The position numbers were made by a program, and so were the translations under genes. A stretch of 51,579 nucleotides of DNA from a virus. Its lineage: Duplodnaviria; Caudoviricetes. How positions within the stretch are numbered: position 1 is the first letter of the stretch; each line of letters begins with the position of its first letter. Below the pieces are notes generated by a model that was given only the letters and a program-made list of their open reading frames with translations, did no database searches and had not been told where the DNA came from. Shown piece after piece: positions 25,787 to 34,607 of this stretch. The DNA is taken from the IMG/VR virus record IMGVR_UViG_3300032047_000023, positions 1 through 51,579 of that record. One strand, written 5' to 3'.

Positions 25787-25860
25787 AGGGGTATAGTTCA
25801 ATGGTAGAACGACTGATTCCAAACCAGTAGATGTGGGTTCGATTCCTACTACCCCTGCCA
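25787..25860 (+). tRNA. trnW: tRNA-Trp (CCA)
   Basis: Acceptor stem AGGGGTA/TACCCCT; D arm GTTC..GAAC; anticodon loop TT-CCA-AA; T loop GTTCGATT; encoded 3' CCA. Confidence 0.95.
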
Positions 25861-25879
25861 AATAACAAAGGAGAATATA

Positions 25880-26509
25880 ATGGATGTAAATTTGATAGAC
25901 TATATGGGTAGTGACCTGTCTGTAGTTAACGCGGCTAGAGTTAGTTTTGGAAAGTACCACGGTATCTTTGATGAAGATAAGGACTCAAGGTTAATAAAAT
26001 ACTTAGCAAGACATAAACATATGTCACCCTTCGGACATTCATTTGCTACGTTTCATGTATCTGCTCCTATCTTTGTAGCACGTCAATTAGTCAAGCATAA
26101 GTTCCTACGTTGGAATGAGATTAGCCGTAGGTATGTAGATGATGAACCAAAGTTCTATATCCCTGAGGTTTGGCGTGGTCGAAGTGATGACAAGAAACAA
26201 GGCTCTCAAGGCTTATCTAAATCTCAGTACTTCCCAAGTGTATACACTAAAGAGATTACAGACAAAGCTTTAGAAGACTACAAGAAGATGTTAATGCAAG
26301 GGGTTACTCCAGAACAAGCTCGTATGGTACTTCCCCAGAATACAATGACCGAGTGGTATTGGAGTGGTAGTCTCGATGCCCTAGCCGATATGTGTAATTT
26401 AAGATGTACAAGAGATACTCAGTTAGAGACAAAGATAATAGCTGACAATATTGATGATATAATGAGGGGTCTTTACCCTATATCATGGAGAAGTTTAAGA
26501 GGAGAATAA
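25880..26509 (+). CDS. thyX: FAD-dependent thymidylate synthase
   Basis: VVNAARVSF, HMSPF, ARQLVKH..NEISRRY and EQARMVLP motifs. Confidence 0.95.
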   Translation: MDVNLIDYMGSDLSVVNAARVSFGKYHGIFDEDKDSRLIKYLARHKHMSPFGHSFATFHVSAPIFVARQLVKHKFLRWNEISRRYVDDEPKFYIPEVWRGRSDDKKQGSQGLSKSQYFPSVYTKEITDKALEDYKKMLMQGVTPEQARMVLPQNTMTEWYWSGSLDALADMCNLRCTRDTQLETKIIADNIDDIMRGLYPISWRSLRGE

Positions 26510-26512
26510 ACA

Positions 26513-26590
26513 ATGTTAGCTTTAACAGCAACTACAGTTATACTATGTATAATACTTTACTTAGTAGTAACAGATAAAGGAGAAGATTAA
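26513..26590 (+). CDS. 25-aa single-TM peptide
   Basis: GAGGAG RBS; MLALTATTVILCIILYLVVTDKGED; TAATG coupling. Confidence 0.5.
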   Translation: MLALTATTVILCIILYLVVTDKGED

Positions 26591-26787
26591 TGAATTATGA
26601 TTCTGAAGAGATACAGACATATAGTATGCCTAAAGCTCTAACAGCTTACGAACAAGGCCTTGTAGTGTATATAGCTCATCCCCTTGATGAAGATGCAGAT
26701 GATAGAATGCATAGTGAGGAAGAAATCATAAGTGCTGATGGACACCTATTTATAATTAAAGAAGAAATAACAGGAGTACCAGTGTAA
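26590..26787 (+). CDS. Hypothetical acidic protein
   Basis: AAGGAG RBS; coupled. Confidence 0.6.
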   Translation: MNYDSEEIQTYSMPKALTAYEQGLVVYIAHPLDEDADDRMHSEEEIISADGHLFIIKEEITGVPV

Positions 26788-27032
26788 TGCTTAAGAAAGA
26801 CTTTTATAAATGGCTTGATACAATGCCAAGCGGAGACTACTATGAAATTGAAGATAATGATAATGGTATATTTACTGTAGTCTTTACAGGAATTGATGAT
26901 AAGATGAGAGTAAGAACACTTCGTGAAAAAGATACAGGTATCGTTGTTGAAGTTGATGAGACTGAATACAAAAGGTTTTTTGATAATAGAAATCCATTTG
27001 AGTGGTCATTAGTAGAGGATAGATTTATATGA
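26787..27032 (+). CDS. Hypothetical protein
   Basis: AGGAG RBS; TAATG coupling. Confidence 0.6.
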   Translation: MLKKDFYKWLDTMPSGDYYEIEDNDNGIFTVVFTGIDDKMRVRTLREKDTGIVVEVDETEYKRFFDNRNPFEWSLVEDRFI

Positions 27033-27262
27033 TTAACTTACCAAACTCGGAAGATGCTAGTGACATTTCTTACTCTTATAGAACTAAAAGGTTGCAGGAT
27101 ACAATAACTACTGCAATGCATGAAGGTAAACAATGTGCTTATATAAAAGAACACTTAACTAATCGTGAAGACGTACATGAATTACACGATCTGGGTTACG
27201 AAACAAACGTGGATAGCAGAGGTGATCTGTGGATACATTGGAGGAGATTAAATGGGAAATAG
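27029..27262 (+). CDS. Hypothetical protein
   Basis: GAGGA RBS; ATGA overlap. Confidence 0.6.
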   Translation: MINLPNSEDASDISYSYRTKRLQDTITTAMHEGKQCAYIKEHLTNREDVHELHDLGYETNVDSRGDLWIHWRRLNGK

Positions 27263-28844
27263 AGTTCATCAACCTTGCCCATATGAGGCTTGTGGTTCAT
27301 CTGATGCTTTCTCTTGGGAAGAGGATGATCAGGTAGGCCATTGCCACAGTTGCTCTAGGTCTTACCCTATGTCAGGTATGAACCAACTAAAGATATTTGA
27401 TTGGGTAGCTAGTGACTATCCTCTTAAGAAAAGAAAGGAGAATATAATGAATGTAGATATTGTCTCAGGTACTTTTGAAGGTATCAGAGGTATCTCAGCA
27501 GAGGTATGCCAACTATATGGTATTCAACTTCAATTAGATGCTGATAACAATCCAATACGTTACGCCTTTAAGTGGCCTAACAACGTCAAGTATAGGGGCT
27601 ATGACGAAAAGAAGTTCTGGTTAAAGGATAGGTCATCTCTTGATGATCTGTTTGGACCAGACTTTAACAGTGGTTCATCTAATCGTTTATACATTACAGA
27701 AGGTGAGTTTGATGCCGCATCACTCTTTGAGGTTCTAGGTAAGTCATTTCCTGTAAAGTCAATACCTGGGGCATCTATCTCAGAAAAGTTTATCAAAAAG
27801 AACTTCGAGTATATGAACAGCTTTAAAGAAGTTATATATGCAGGTGAGTTAGACGATGCAGGTTCAGTTGCCGCAGAGAGGTTATATCAACTATTTCCAG
27901 AGAAGTTCTTCTTTGTTCCTATGTCTAAACATAAGGACGCTAACGAGTTCTTGATGTCAGGTGATAAAGACGACTTGATGTGGTCAGCCAAGAAGCCACA
28001 GCGTTTTTCACCAGACAACTTCTACATCGGTGATCTAGACATTGAGGAAACAATAAAGAAAGAGAATCCTTACAGCTATGTACCTACAGGACACAGTGGT
28101 CTAGATGATAAGATTAGAGGTCTTGTTAAGGGTGGGTTAACCTTTGTTAAAGCACCACGCGGTGGCGGTAAGACAGAGATGGTTAGGTTTTTTGAATGTG
28201 GACTACTTGCTAATGACCCTAAGGTTAAGATAGGTCTGATGCACATGGAAGAAATGAGGTCAACTACTTATCGTGCTATGGCTACCTATGAGTTAGGTAT
28301 TAATGTTCGTACTAAAGAGGATGCTGCAACTAATGGTATCACCGAGAATAATGTTATCAAGGCGGCTCAAAAGATGGCTGATGACCGTACTGTAGTCTTT
28401 GAACTTAGATCACACGACGACCCTATGAAACTTCTAGACTACGTTAGGATGGCGGCTACAGTCTATGGTGTTGACTATGTATTTATTGACCACGTACAAC
28501 GTCTAGCCTACCTATCTCAGGGAGGTGCTGATGGTGCTACTTCAATGCTAACAGCTATCGGTTCTCGTATGGCTCAGTTAGCTAAAGAATTAGACATTGG
28601 TGTTATCTTCATCTCACAAGTCAATGATGATGGTCGTACCAAGTATGCAGGTTCTCTTGAAGAAGAAGCTATTATCTGTTTAAAGTTAGAGCGTGATACT
28701 GAGTCTGAGGACGAAGACATAAGGAACACAACTAACTTTATCGTTGATAAGAACAGACCTTTTAGTAGGTTAGGTAAAGCAGGTTCTATTTATTACGAAC
28801 CAGAGACTACAATACTAGCAGAGGAGACTTTCAATGGTGTCTGA
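27252..28844 (+). CDS. T7 gp4-like primase-helicase
   Basis: Zn finger CPYEACGSSDA..CHSC; TOPRIM ITEGEFDA and KDANE; Walker A APRGGGKT; FIDH; KNR. Confidence 0.95.
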   Translation: MGNRVHQPCPYEACGSSDAFSWEEDDQVGHCHSCSRSYPMSGMNQLKIFDWVASDYPLKKRKENIMNVDIVSGTFEGIRGISAEVCQLYGIQLQLDADNNPIRYAFKWPNNVKYRGYDEKKFWLKDRSSLDDLFGPDFNSGSSNRLYITEGEFDAASLFEVLGKSFPVKSIPGASISEKFIKKNFEYMNSFKEVIYAGELDDAGSVAAERLYQLFPEKFFFVPMSKHKDANEFLMSGDKDDLMWSAKKPQRFSPDNFYIGDLDIEETIKKENPYSYVPTGHSGLDDKIRGLVKGGLTFVKAPRGGGKTEMVRFFECGLLANDPKVKIGLMHMEEMRSTTYRAMATYELGINVRTKEDAATNGITENNVIKAAQKMADDRTVVFELRSHDDPMKLLDYVRMAATVYGVDYVFIDHVQRLAYLSQGGADGATSMLTAIGSRMAQLAKELDIGVIFISQVNDDGRTKYAGSLEEEAIICLKLERDTESEDEDIRNTTNFIVDKNRPFSRLGKAGSIYYEPETTILAEETFNGV

Positions 28845-29106
28845 TGATTATGATGACGATGACTATAATATAAGTGTAGACAACTTATACTCAAGTGTTG
28901 ACTACTTTGACACTCTTAGTGATGAAGAGTTAGACCAGTATGACGATAGTAAAGAGATTTACTTTGAACAACTTGAGGCTCGTGTAAGTGTAGCAGAGAA
29001 TCAGTTAGCTCACGCCCTTAAACACGAAGATGATCCAAATGTAATTGAGAGGTTGCAAGATGAATTAGAACTATTACTTATTGACTACTTTAACTTTGAA
29101 CTTTAA
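28834..29106 (+). CDS. Highly acidic small protein
   Basis: D/E-rich, 90 aa, between helicase and polymerase. Confidence 0.65.
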   Translation: MVSDDYDDDDYNISVDNLYSSVDYFDTLSDEELDQYDDSKEIYFEQLEARVSVAENQLAHALKHEDDPNVIERLQDELELLLIDYFNFEL

Positions 29107-29115
29107 GGAGACATT

Positions 29116-31077
29116 ATGGCACGTATAGCATTCTGTGATATTGAAACTAACTCTATCGAACATCCAGATAAAATCTGGTTAGTTGGTGGTAAGATGCAAG
29201 ATACTGGCGAAGTCTTTAAGTTCGAGAATATACATACAGACCCTATAGCAAGAAAGGAAGCTACTGAGTGGCATCAATCCCTTGACAAGATGGTTGGTCA
29301 TAACTTTATACAGTATGATTTACCTATTCTTAATCAATGGTTAGACGTACCTCTTGACCCACGTAAAGTTATTGACACATTGATTGTATCTCGTACAGTT
29401 GATTATGATATAGCTATACCTGCCGGTGGTAAAGGTCCGCACTCTCTCAAAAGTTGGGGCATACGCCTAGGTGTTTACAAAGGTGACTACGACGACTTTG
29501 CCAACTTCAATCAGGATATGATTGACTACTGGTATGGTGATCTTGACACTACTGAGGCTTTGTTCAATCACTTCAGTCCTATACTTTATGACAAAGACTG
29601 GGCTAAAGCAATGAGAGCTGAGCATGATGTACAGATTGAGTTAGTACGTAGTAAGTATTATGGCTTTCACTTTGACCATGAACTAGCACAGAGTTTACTA
29701 GACAGTGTACTAGTTGAGAAGGCTGAGCTTGAAGAACTATTTCAAGAAGACTTCCCACCTAAGTTACTTCCAGTCAACACTATCAAGTATCGTGAGAAGA
29801 AAGATGGTACGTTGTTTTCCAGCGTCATCAATGCTAAGAAAAAGTATGCGGCTACTGATAGGCAAGGTGATGACCTTATCTGTTATGACTTTATTAGCTT
29901 CAACCCTGGGGCTTCCAAAGATCGTGTAGACGTGTTATGGGATGCAGGTTGGAAACCTTTTGAGAAGACTGCAACTCACAACAAGTTCAATAGACTTAAA
30001 GTAGGAGACCCTTATGGTAAGAAAATTACTAAGATGGATCAGAAATTCTATGACGAGAAGAAACAATCTCTTGAGCGTTATGGGTACACAGTATCAGAAG
30101 ACAACTTATCGACGTTACCTGATACAGCACCTAGGGGTGCTAAGTCACTTGCTCAGTGGCTTACGTTAGAAGGCCGTAGGTCTTCCCTAGTTGAGTGGAT
30201 TAACCAAGTATGTGATGATAGTCGTATACATGGTACTATCAATAATATTGGCGCATGGACAGGACGTTGTGCACACAACAATCCAAACACCGCCAACATT
30301 GCTTCACCTTTTCATGGTACACCGCGTAATGCAGTTGACGAGATCAAAGCTAAGTATGATCATCAACTACGTCAGTGTTGGACAGTTCCTAAGGGCAGTT
30401 ACTTAGTGGGTTGTGATGCAGACGGTATCCAGTTACGAGTACTTGCTGATTACATGTGGCGACACTTTGATGCTAATATGTATGCTAAGGCTATCATGGA
30501 AGGTAAGAAAGAGAACGAGACAGACATTCACAATATGAACAAGAAAGCTTTAGGTATACCACACGCTACTCGTGATATGGCTAAGACATTCATATATGGA
30601 TGGCTACTAGGTGCAGGAGTTGCCAAGACTGCTAGTATTATGCAGGTTGGTGTACAAGAAGCATCGGCGGCTATGAAACGCTTCGAGCAAAGCATTGACG
30701 GTTTGTCGCCTCTCAAGAAACGTATGGTTCCTTATATCGCTGATAAAGGGTACTTTACAGGTTACGATGGTCGTAAGGTTATCGTACCCAATGAGCACAA
30801 GACTCTAGCAGGTATACTACAATCTGGTGAGTCTATCCTGATGAAGTACACTCTTCTCAACTTTCACAAGAAAGCTAGAGCCGAGGGTATCAACTTCAAG
30901 ATGTGTGCTTTTGTGCATGATGAATACCAAGTAGAAGTTATAGGCACTCGTGATGAGGCTGAACATCTAGGTAAACTGATTGCTACTACTATGTCGGAAA
31001 CTGGTGTTGAGCTAGGTTTCAAGATACCAACCCCAGGTTCTTATGATATAGGAAAATCGTGGTATGATACACATTGA
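29116..31077 (+). CDS. polA: Family A DNA polymerase with 3'-5' exonuclease (T7 gp5-like)
   Basis: DIET, GHNFIQYD, TGR, motif A DADGIQLR, motif B RDMAKTFIYGWLLG, motif C VHDE. Confidence 0.97.
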   Translation: MARIAFCDIETNSIEHPDKIWLVGGKMQDTGEVFKFENIHTDPIARKEATEWHQSLDKMVGHNFIQYDLPILNQWLDVPLDPRKVIDTLIVSRTVDYDIAIPAGGKGPHSLKSWGIRLGVYKGDYDDFANFNQDMIDYWYGDLDTTEALFNHFSPILYDKDWAKAMRAEHDVQIELVRSKYYGFHFDHELAQSLLDSVLVEKAELEELFQEDFPPKLLPVNTIKYREKKDGTLFSSVINAKKKYAATDRQGDDLICYDFISFNPGASKDRVDVLWDAGWKPFEKTATHNKFNRLKVGDPYGKKITKMDQKFYDEKKQSLERYGYTVSEDNLSTLPDTAPRGAKSLAQWLTLEGRRSSLVEWINQVCDDSRIHGTINNIGAWTGRCAHNNPNTANIASPFHGTPRNAVDEIKAKYDHQLRQCWTVPKGSYLVGCDADGIQLRVLADYMWRHFDANMYAKAIMEGKKENETDIHNMNKKALGIPHATRDMAKTFIYGWLLGAGVAKTASIMQVGVQEASAAMKRFEQSIDGLSPLKKRMVPYIADKGYFTGYDGRKVIVPNEHKTLAGILQSGESILMKYTLLNFHKKARAEGINFKMCAFVHDEYQVEVIGTRDEAEHLGKLIATTMSETGVELGFKIPTPGSYDIGKSWYDTH

Positions 31078-31081
31078 CCTG

Positions 31082-31110
31082 TTGACATATCACTAAATTT
31101 CTGGTATAAT
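31082..31110 (+). promoter_or_regulatory. Consensus sigma70 promoter
   Basis: TTGACA-17nt-TATAAT. Confidence 0.85.
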
Positions 31111-31144
31111 TGCAGAACAACAACAAAGCTATAGGAGATAAAAT

Positions 31145-31675
31145 ATGGCGACTAAAACAATAGAACTAACAGGTATCTTAGAATGGGCTAAACTATTTGA
31201 AGGTAACAGAGACAACGGTGAGTACGACACAGAAACAGATGGTGCTACAACTGTTGATATTATAATGGACGATGCTACGTTCAAGATGATGAAAGACTCT
31301 GGTGTACGAAAACAGGGTAAGCCTGACCCAGACGGACGCGGTACTCGTGTCAAGTTTAAACGCCCTTGGAAAGATAAGTTTGATCGTGAGTGGGCGGCAG
31401 GTGCACCAAAGGTATTCAATGCAAGTGGTGACGCTTGGACAGATGCTGACGGTATGATTGGCAACGGCTCAGTAGGTGTTGTGTACGTTGATGTATACGA
31501 TACTAAAATGGGCGTAGGTTCTCGACTAAGTGGTGTTCAAGTTATTGATCATGTAGTCTTTGAATCCGACGGTGGTGGAGTATCATCGGGCATTCAACCT
31601 AAGAACTACGCTAATGCAACACCAAGTCCTTCTTCTAAACCTAATAAGGCAACTCCAGGGGATATTCCATTCTGA
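31145..31675 (+). CDS. Single-stranded DNA-binding protein (gp2.5-like)
   Basis: IGNGS motif, RLSGVQVI, C-terminal DIPF tail; follows the polymerase. Confidence 0.8.
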   Translation: MATKTIELTGILEWAKLFEGNRDNGEYDTETDGATTVDIIMDDATFKMMKDSGVRKQGKPDPDGRGTRVKFKRPWKDKFDREWAAGAPKVFNASGDAWTDADGMIGNGSVGVVYVDVYDTKMGVGSRLSGVQVIDHVVFESDGGGVSSGIQPKNYANATPSPSSKPNKATPGDIPF

Positions 31676-31747
31676 GAGCAAGGCCCTCGGTAATTACTTG
31701 GAGGGGCGCACTTGCGCCCTTTCTCACCTCTAACAGAAGGAAATACA

Positions 31748-32608
31748 ATGGCTAAACAAATAGCTACACTTGTACAAGATATGGAGAGCGTGATATACGG
31801 TAACGAAGGTTGGGACAATACTATTGGTCAACTGGTTGGAACTAACATAGCACAGATGGCTTATGATAGGTTTAAAGCCCCACAAGAACCTAGGGGTTAT
31901 TTGTCTATGTCATCACTAGGTACACCATGCTCACGTAAGTTATGGTACAAGATTAATCAAACAGATAAGGCAGAAGCCTTAGGAGCCAACGCACTGCTCA
32001 AGTTCTTTTATGGAGACATGATTGAGGAACTTGCTTTAGGTATCGCACAGCAAGCAGGACACGAGGTTGTTGGTCAACAAGACAAGATGGATGCTCATGG
32101 TATCAGAGGTAGACGAGATTGTGTAATTGATGGTATGACTGTTGATGTCAAATCTGCATCTCCTTACTCTTTTAAGAAGTTCAAAGAAGGTAACTTAAGA
32201 GAACAAGACCCCTTCGGTTACATCTCTCAACTATCTTCATATGTCTATGCGGCTAAAGATGACCCACTGGTTACTAACAAAACTCATGGTGCATTTTTAG
32301 TTATAGATAAAGTAAATGGACATATATGCTTAGACATGTATGACTTTATTGAGGAGCTTAAGACTAAAGAAGAAGAGATAAAAGCAATTAAGGTTATGGT
32401 AAAGAATAAAGTACCACCTACTCGTGCTTACAAAGATGAACCACAAAGTAAAACATCTCCTAATAAGAAACTATGTATGGAGTGTTCTTACTGTGAATTT
32501 AAGAAGGCTTGTTGGCCTGGGTTACGTAAGTTTGCTTACTCATATGGTCCTCAGTATTTAACTAAGGTTAAGAAAGAAATAAAAGTTAATGAAGTGGAGG
32601 ATTTCTAA
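31748..32608 (+). CDS. Cas4-like PD-(D/E)XK exonuclease; start re-called at ATG 31748
   Basis: GAAGGA RBS; C..RKLWY, D..DVKSAS, Y..QLSSY, CMECSYCEFKKAC. Confidence 0.85.
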   Translation: MAKQIATLVQDMESVIYGNEGWDNTIGQLVGTNIAQMAYDRFKAPQEPRGYLSMSSLGTPCSRKLWYKINQTDKAEALGANALLKFFYGDMIEELALGIAQQAGHEVVGQQDKMDAHGIRGRRDCVIDGMTVDVKSASPYSFKKFKEGNLREQDPFGYISQLSSYVYAAKDDPLVTNKTHGAFLVIDKVNGHICLDMYDFIEELKTKEEEIKAIKVMVKNKVPPTRAYKDEPQSKTSPNKKLCMECSYCEFKKACWPGLRKFAYSYGPQYLTKVKKEIKVNEVEDF

Positions 32609-33009
32609 TGGCTAAAAGAAGTAGGTTTCGTGGTATAGCTGCAGGTTATAGATCAGGGTTAGAAGAATCAACAGCTACTAATCTCAAAGAACGTGGTATC
32701 AAATTCACATATGAAGAGACTAAGATTAAGTGGATAGATATGAAAGTTAGAAACTATACACCTGACTTTGTTCTTGACAATGGTATTATAATCGAAACTA
32801 AAGGACGCTTTATTTCTACAGATAGACGTAAACATAAAGAAATACAAAAGCAGTTTCCAGAACATGATATACGTTTTGTATTTAACAACTCACGAGCCAA
32901 GCTCTATAAGGGAGCTAAAAGCACCTACGGAGATTGGTGTATTAAAAATGGCTTTCTATATTCAGACAAAATCATTCCTGAGGAATGGACAGAAGAGGAA
33001 AAGAAATGA
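32608..33009 (+). CDS. Endonuclease I (T7 gp3-like Holliday junction resolvase)
   Basis: YRSGLE, YTPDF, IETKGRF and DIRFVF motifs. Confidence 0.93.
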   Translation: MAKRSRFRGIAAGYRSGLEESTATNLKERGIKFTYEETKIKWIDMKVRNYTPDFVLDNGIIIETKGRFISTDRRKHKEIQKQFPEHDIRFVFNNSRAKLYKGAKSTYGDWCIKNGFLYSDKIIPEEWTEEEKK

Positions 33010-33803
33010 CTATAAGTAAATCAGCAATGGGTAAAACAGCAATTGTTTGGTCGTGTGCTCACGCAACACCAGAAACTTCTAATGAAAGATTTGATTGGTT
33101 GGGTGGTTTGATCTATGATATTAAACCTGACTATTGTATAGACTTAGGTGATGGAGCAGACATGAAGTCCCTAAACTCTTACGATACACGTAAACCAGAG
33201 GCTGTTGTATCTCAAAACTACGAGAGAGATATTGATTCTTACATTGAGTCTCAAGACCTTCTACGTTATAGGTTTAGACAGCAAAGACGTAGAAGACCAA
33301 AGTGGTATGGCTTTGAAGGTAATCACGAAGCACGTATTAAAACAGCTATTGCTTTTGACCCTAGACTAGAAGGTGATAAGTATGGTATCTCTTTTAAACA
33401 CTTAAGTACTAAGAAGTATTTTGATGAGTACCATGAGTATCAGAATGGTGCACCTGCTATCTACAACTACGATGGTGTAGACTATGCACACTACATCGGC
33501 GCAGGTAACTTTGGTAGAGCAATCAGTGGTGTTCATCACGCTTACGCTTTACTACAGAAGCGTTACCGTTCAGCTACTGTTGGACACAGCCACAAACGTG
33601 ACATGTACTTTAAAGAAGACGTAGGTGTTAATGGGGGTATCGGTGCTGTAGTTGGCTGTTACAAAGGTGCGGAAGAAACATGGGCAGGTCAGTCTAATGG
33701 TGAATGGTGGAAAGGAGTGCTTATAAAGCGTAACATTATGGATGGTCAGTACGATGCACAGTGGGTATCACTAGACGTTCTTAGACAAACTTATGGAGGT
33801 TAG
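33006..33803 (+). CDS. Calcineurin-like metallophosphoesterase
   Basis: CAH, LGDGAD, GNHE and GHSH motifs; ATG at 33006 with GAGGA RBS. Confidence 0.85.
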   Translation: MTISKSAMGKTAIVWSCAHATPETSNERFDWLGGLIYDIKPDYCIDLGDGADMKSLNSYDTRKPEAVVSQNYERDIDSYIESQDLLRYRFRQQRRRRPKWYGFEGNHEARIKTAIAFDPRLEGDKYGISFKHLSTKKYFDEYHEYQNGAPAIYNYDGVDYAHYIGAGNFGRAISGVHHAYALLQKRYRSATVGHSHKRDMYFKEDVGVNGGIGAVVGCYKGAEETWAGQSNGEWWKGVLIKRNIMDGQYDAQWVSLDVLRQTYGG

Positions 33804-33804
33804 T

Positions 33805-33972
33805 GTGGAGTTTGAAGTAACATTTAAAGTTAGAATGGATGCAGATCAGTTTGTATTAGACTTAGAGCAGACTGATAGGGAAGACCTTGTTAAGGATGAA
33901 GTACTAGGTGTTCTCTATGATTTAGAAGATGGTGTTATAGAGTTTATGGAAGTTACAGAGGTGACTGGATGA
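33805..33972 (+). CDS. 55-aa acidic protein (not in ORF track)
   Basis: GGAGG RBS; GTG start; MEFEVTFKVRMDADQF...; ATGA overlap with MazG. Confidence 0.6.
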   Translation: MEFEVTFKVRMDADQFVLDLEQTDREDLVKDEVLGVLYDLEDGVIEFMEVTEVTG

Positions 33973-34289
33973 CAAGAAATATAGATGAATACTCTTTATG
34001 GGTAGAGGGTAAGGTAATGACAGAAGGTGAAACTAGGCTAATTGAAAATACCTTAGGTCTTATCGGAGAGTCAGGTGAGATAGCTGAAAAGATTAAGAAG
34101 CTCTTACGTGACAACACTAAAGTAGAAGCTCAAGACATTATAAAAGAATTAGGTGATGTTGCATTCTACTTAACAGCTCTGGCGAACTACTTCGGCAGCA
34201 GTTTACATGACGTGTTAGAACTTAACATGATTAAACTTAACGATAGACAAGAACGTGGTGTTCTCTCTGGATCAGGAGACAATAGATGA
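33969..34289 (+). CDS. mazG: MazG-like NTP pyrophosphohydrolase
   Basis: LGLIGESGEIAEKIKK, KELGDVAFY and GSGDNR motifs. Confidence 0.9.
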   Translation: MTRNIDEYSLWVEGKVMTEGETRLIENTLGLIGESGEIAEKIKKLLRDNTKVEAQDIIKELGDVAFYLTALANYFGSSLHDVLELNMIKLNDRQERGVLSGSGDNR

Positions 34290-34546
34290 TTAAAAGAATA
34301 TTAAACAGTAAAGCAAGGCGTATTGTATGCAATTGTATACGATCACCATTTGTATGGGTGTACAGGTTCTGGAATTACTTAATGACATGGCAAATGCACA
34401 GAGATACTATTAAGCATCTTAATCGTTTGTCTAATAGAGAATTAAGTGACATTGGATTAACTCGTGGTGACATTGACAATTTAGTTTGGATGAGAGAAGA
34501 CTTCAGACGTAGAGGTGAAGGTTACGAAGCAAATGGTGATAAGTGA
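34286..34546 (+). CDS. DUF1127 (YjiS-like) small protein
   Basis: LNRLSNRELSDIGLTRGDI. Confidence 0.85.
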   Translation: MIKRILNSKARRIVCNCIRSPFVWVYRFWNYLMTWQMHRDTIKHLNRLSNRELSDIGLTRGDIDNLVWMREDFRRRGEGYEANGDK

Positions 34547-34607
34547 ATCACAGTCTCTTCATTACGTAATGCTACTAATAGATAAAGAATTTAAAAAGGA
34601 TTAACAT

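Noticed and set aside
25787-25860. Stop-codon reassignment suggested by a phage tRNA
   Set aside because: Anticodon is ordinary CCA, and core genes translate full length in code 11 with TAA, TAG and TGA all used as stops
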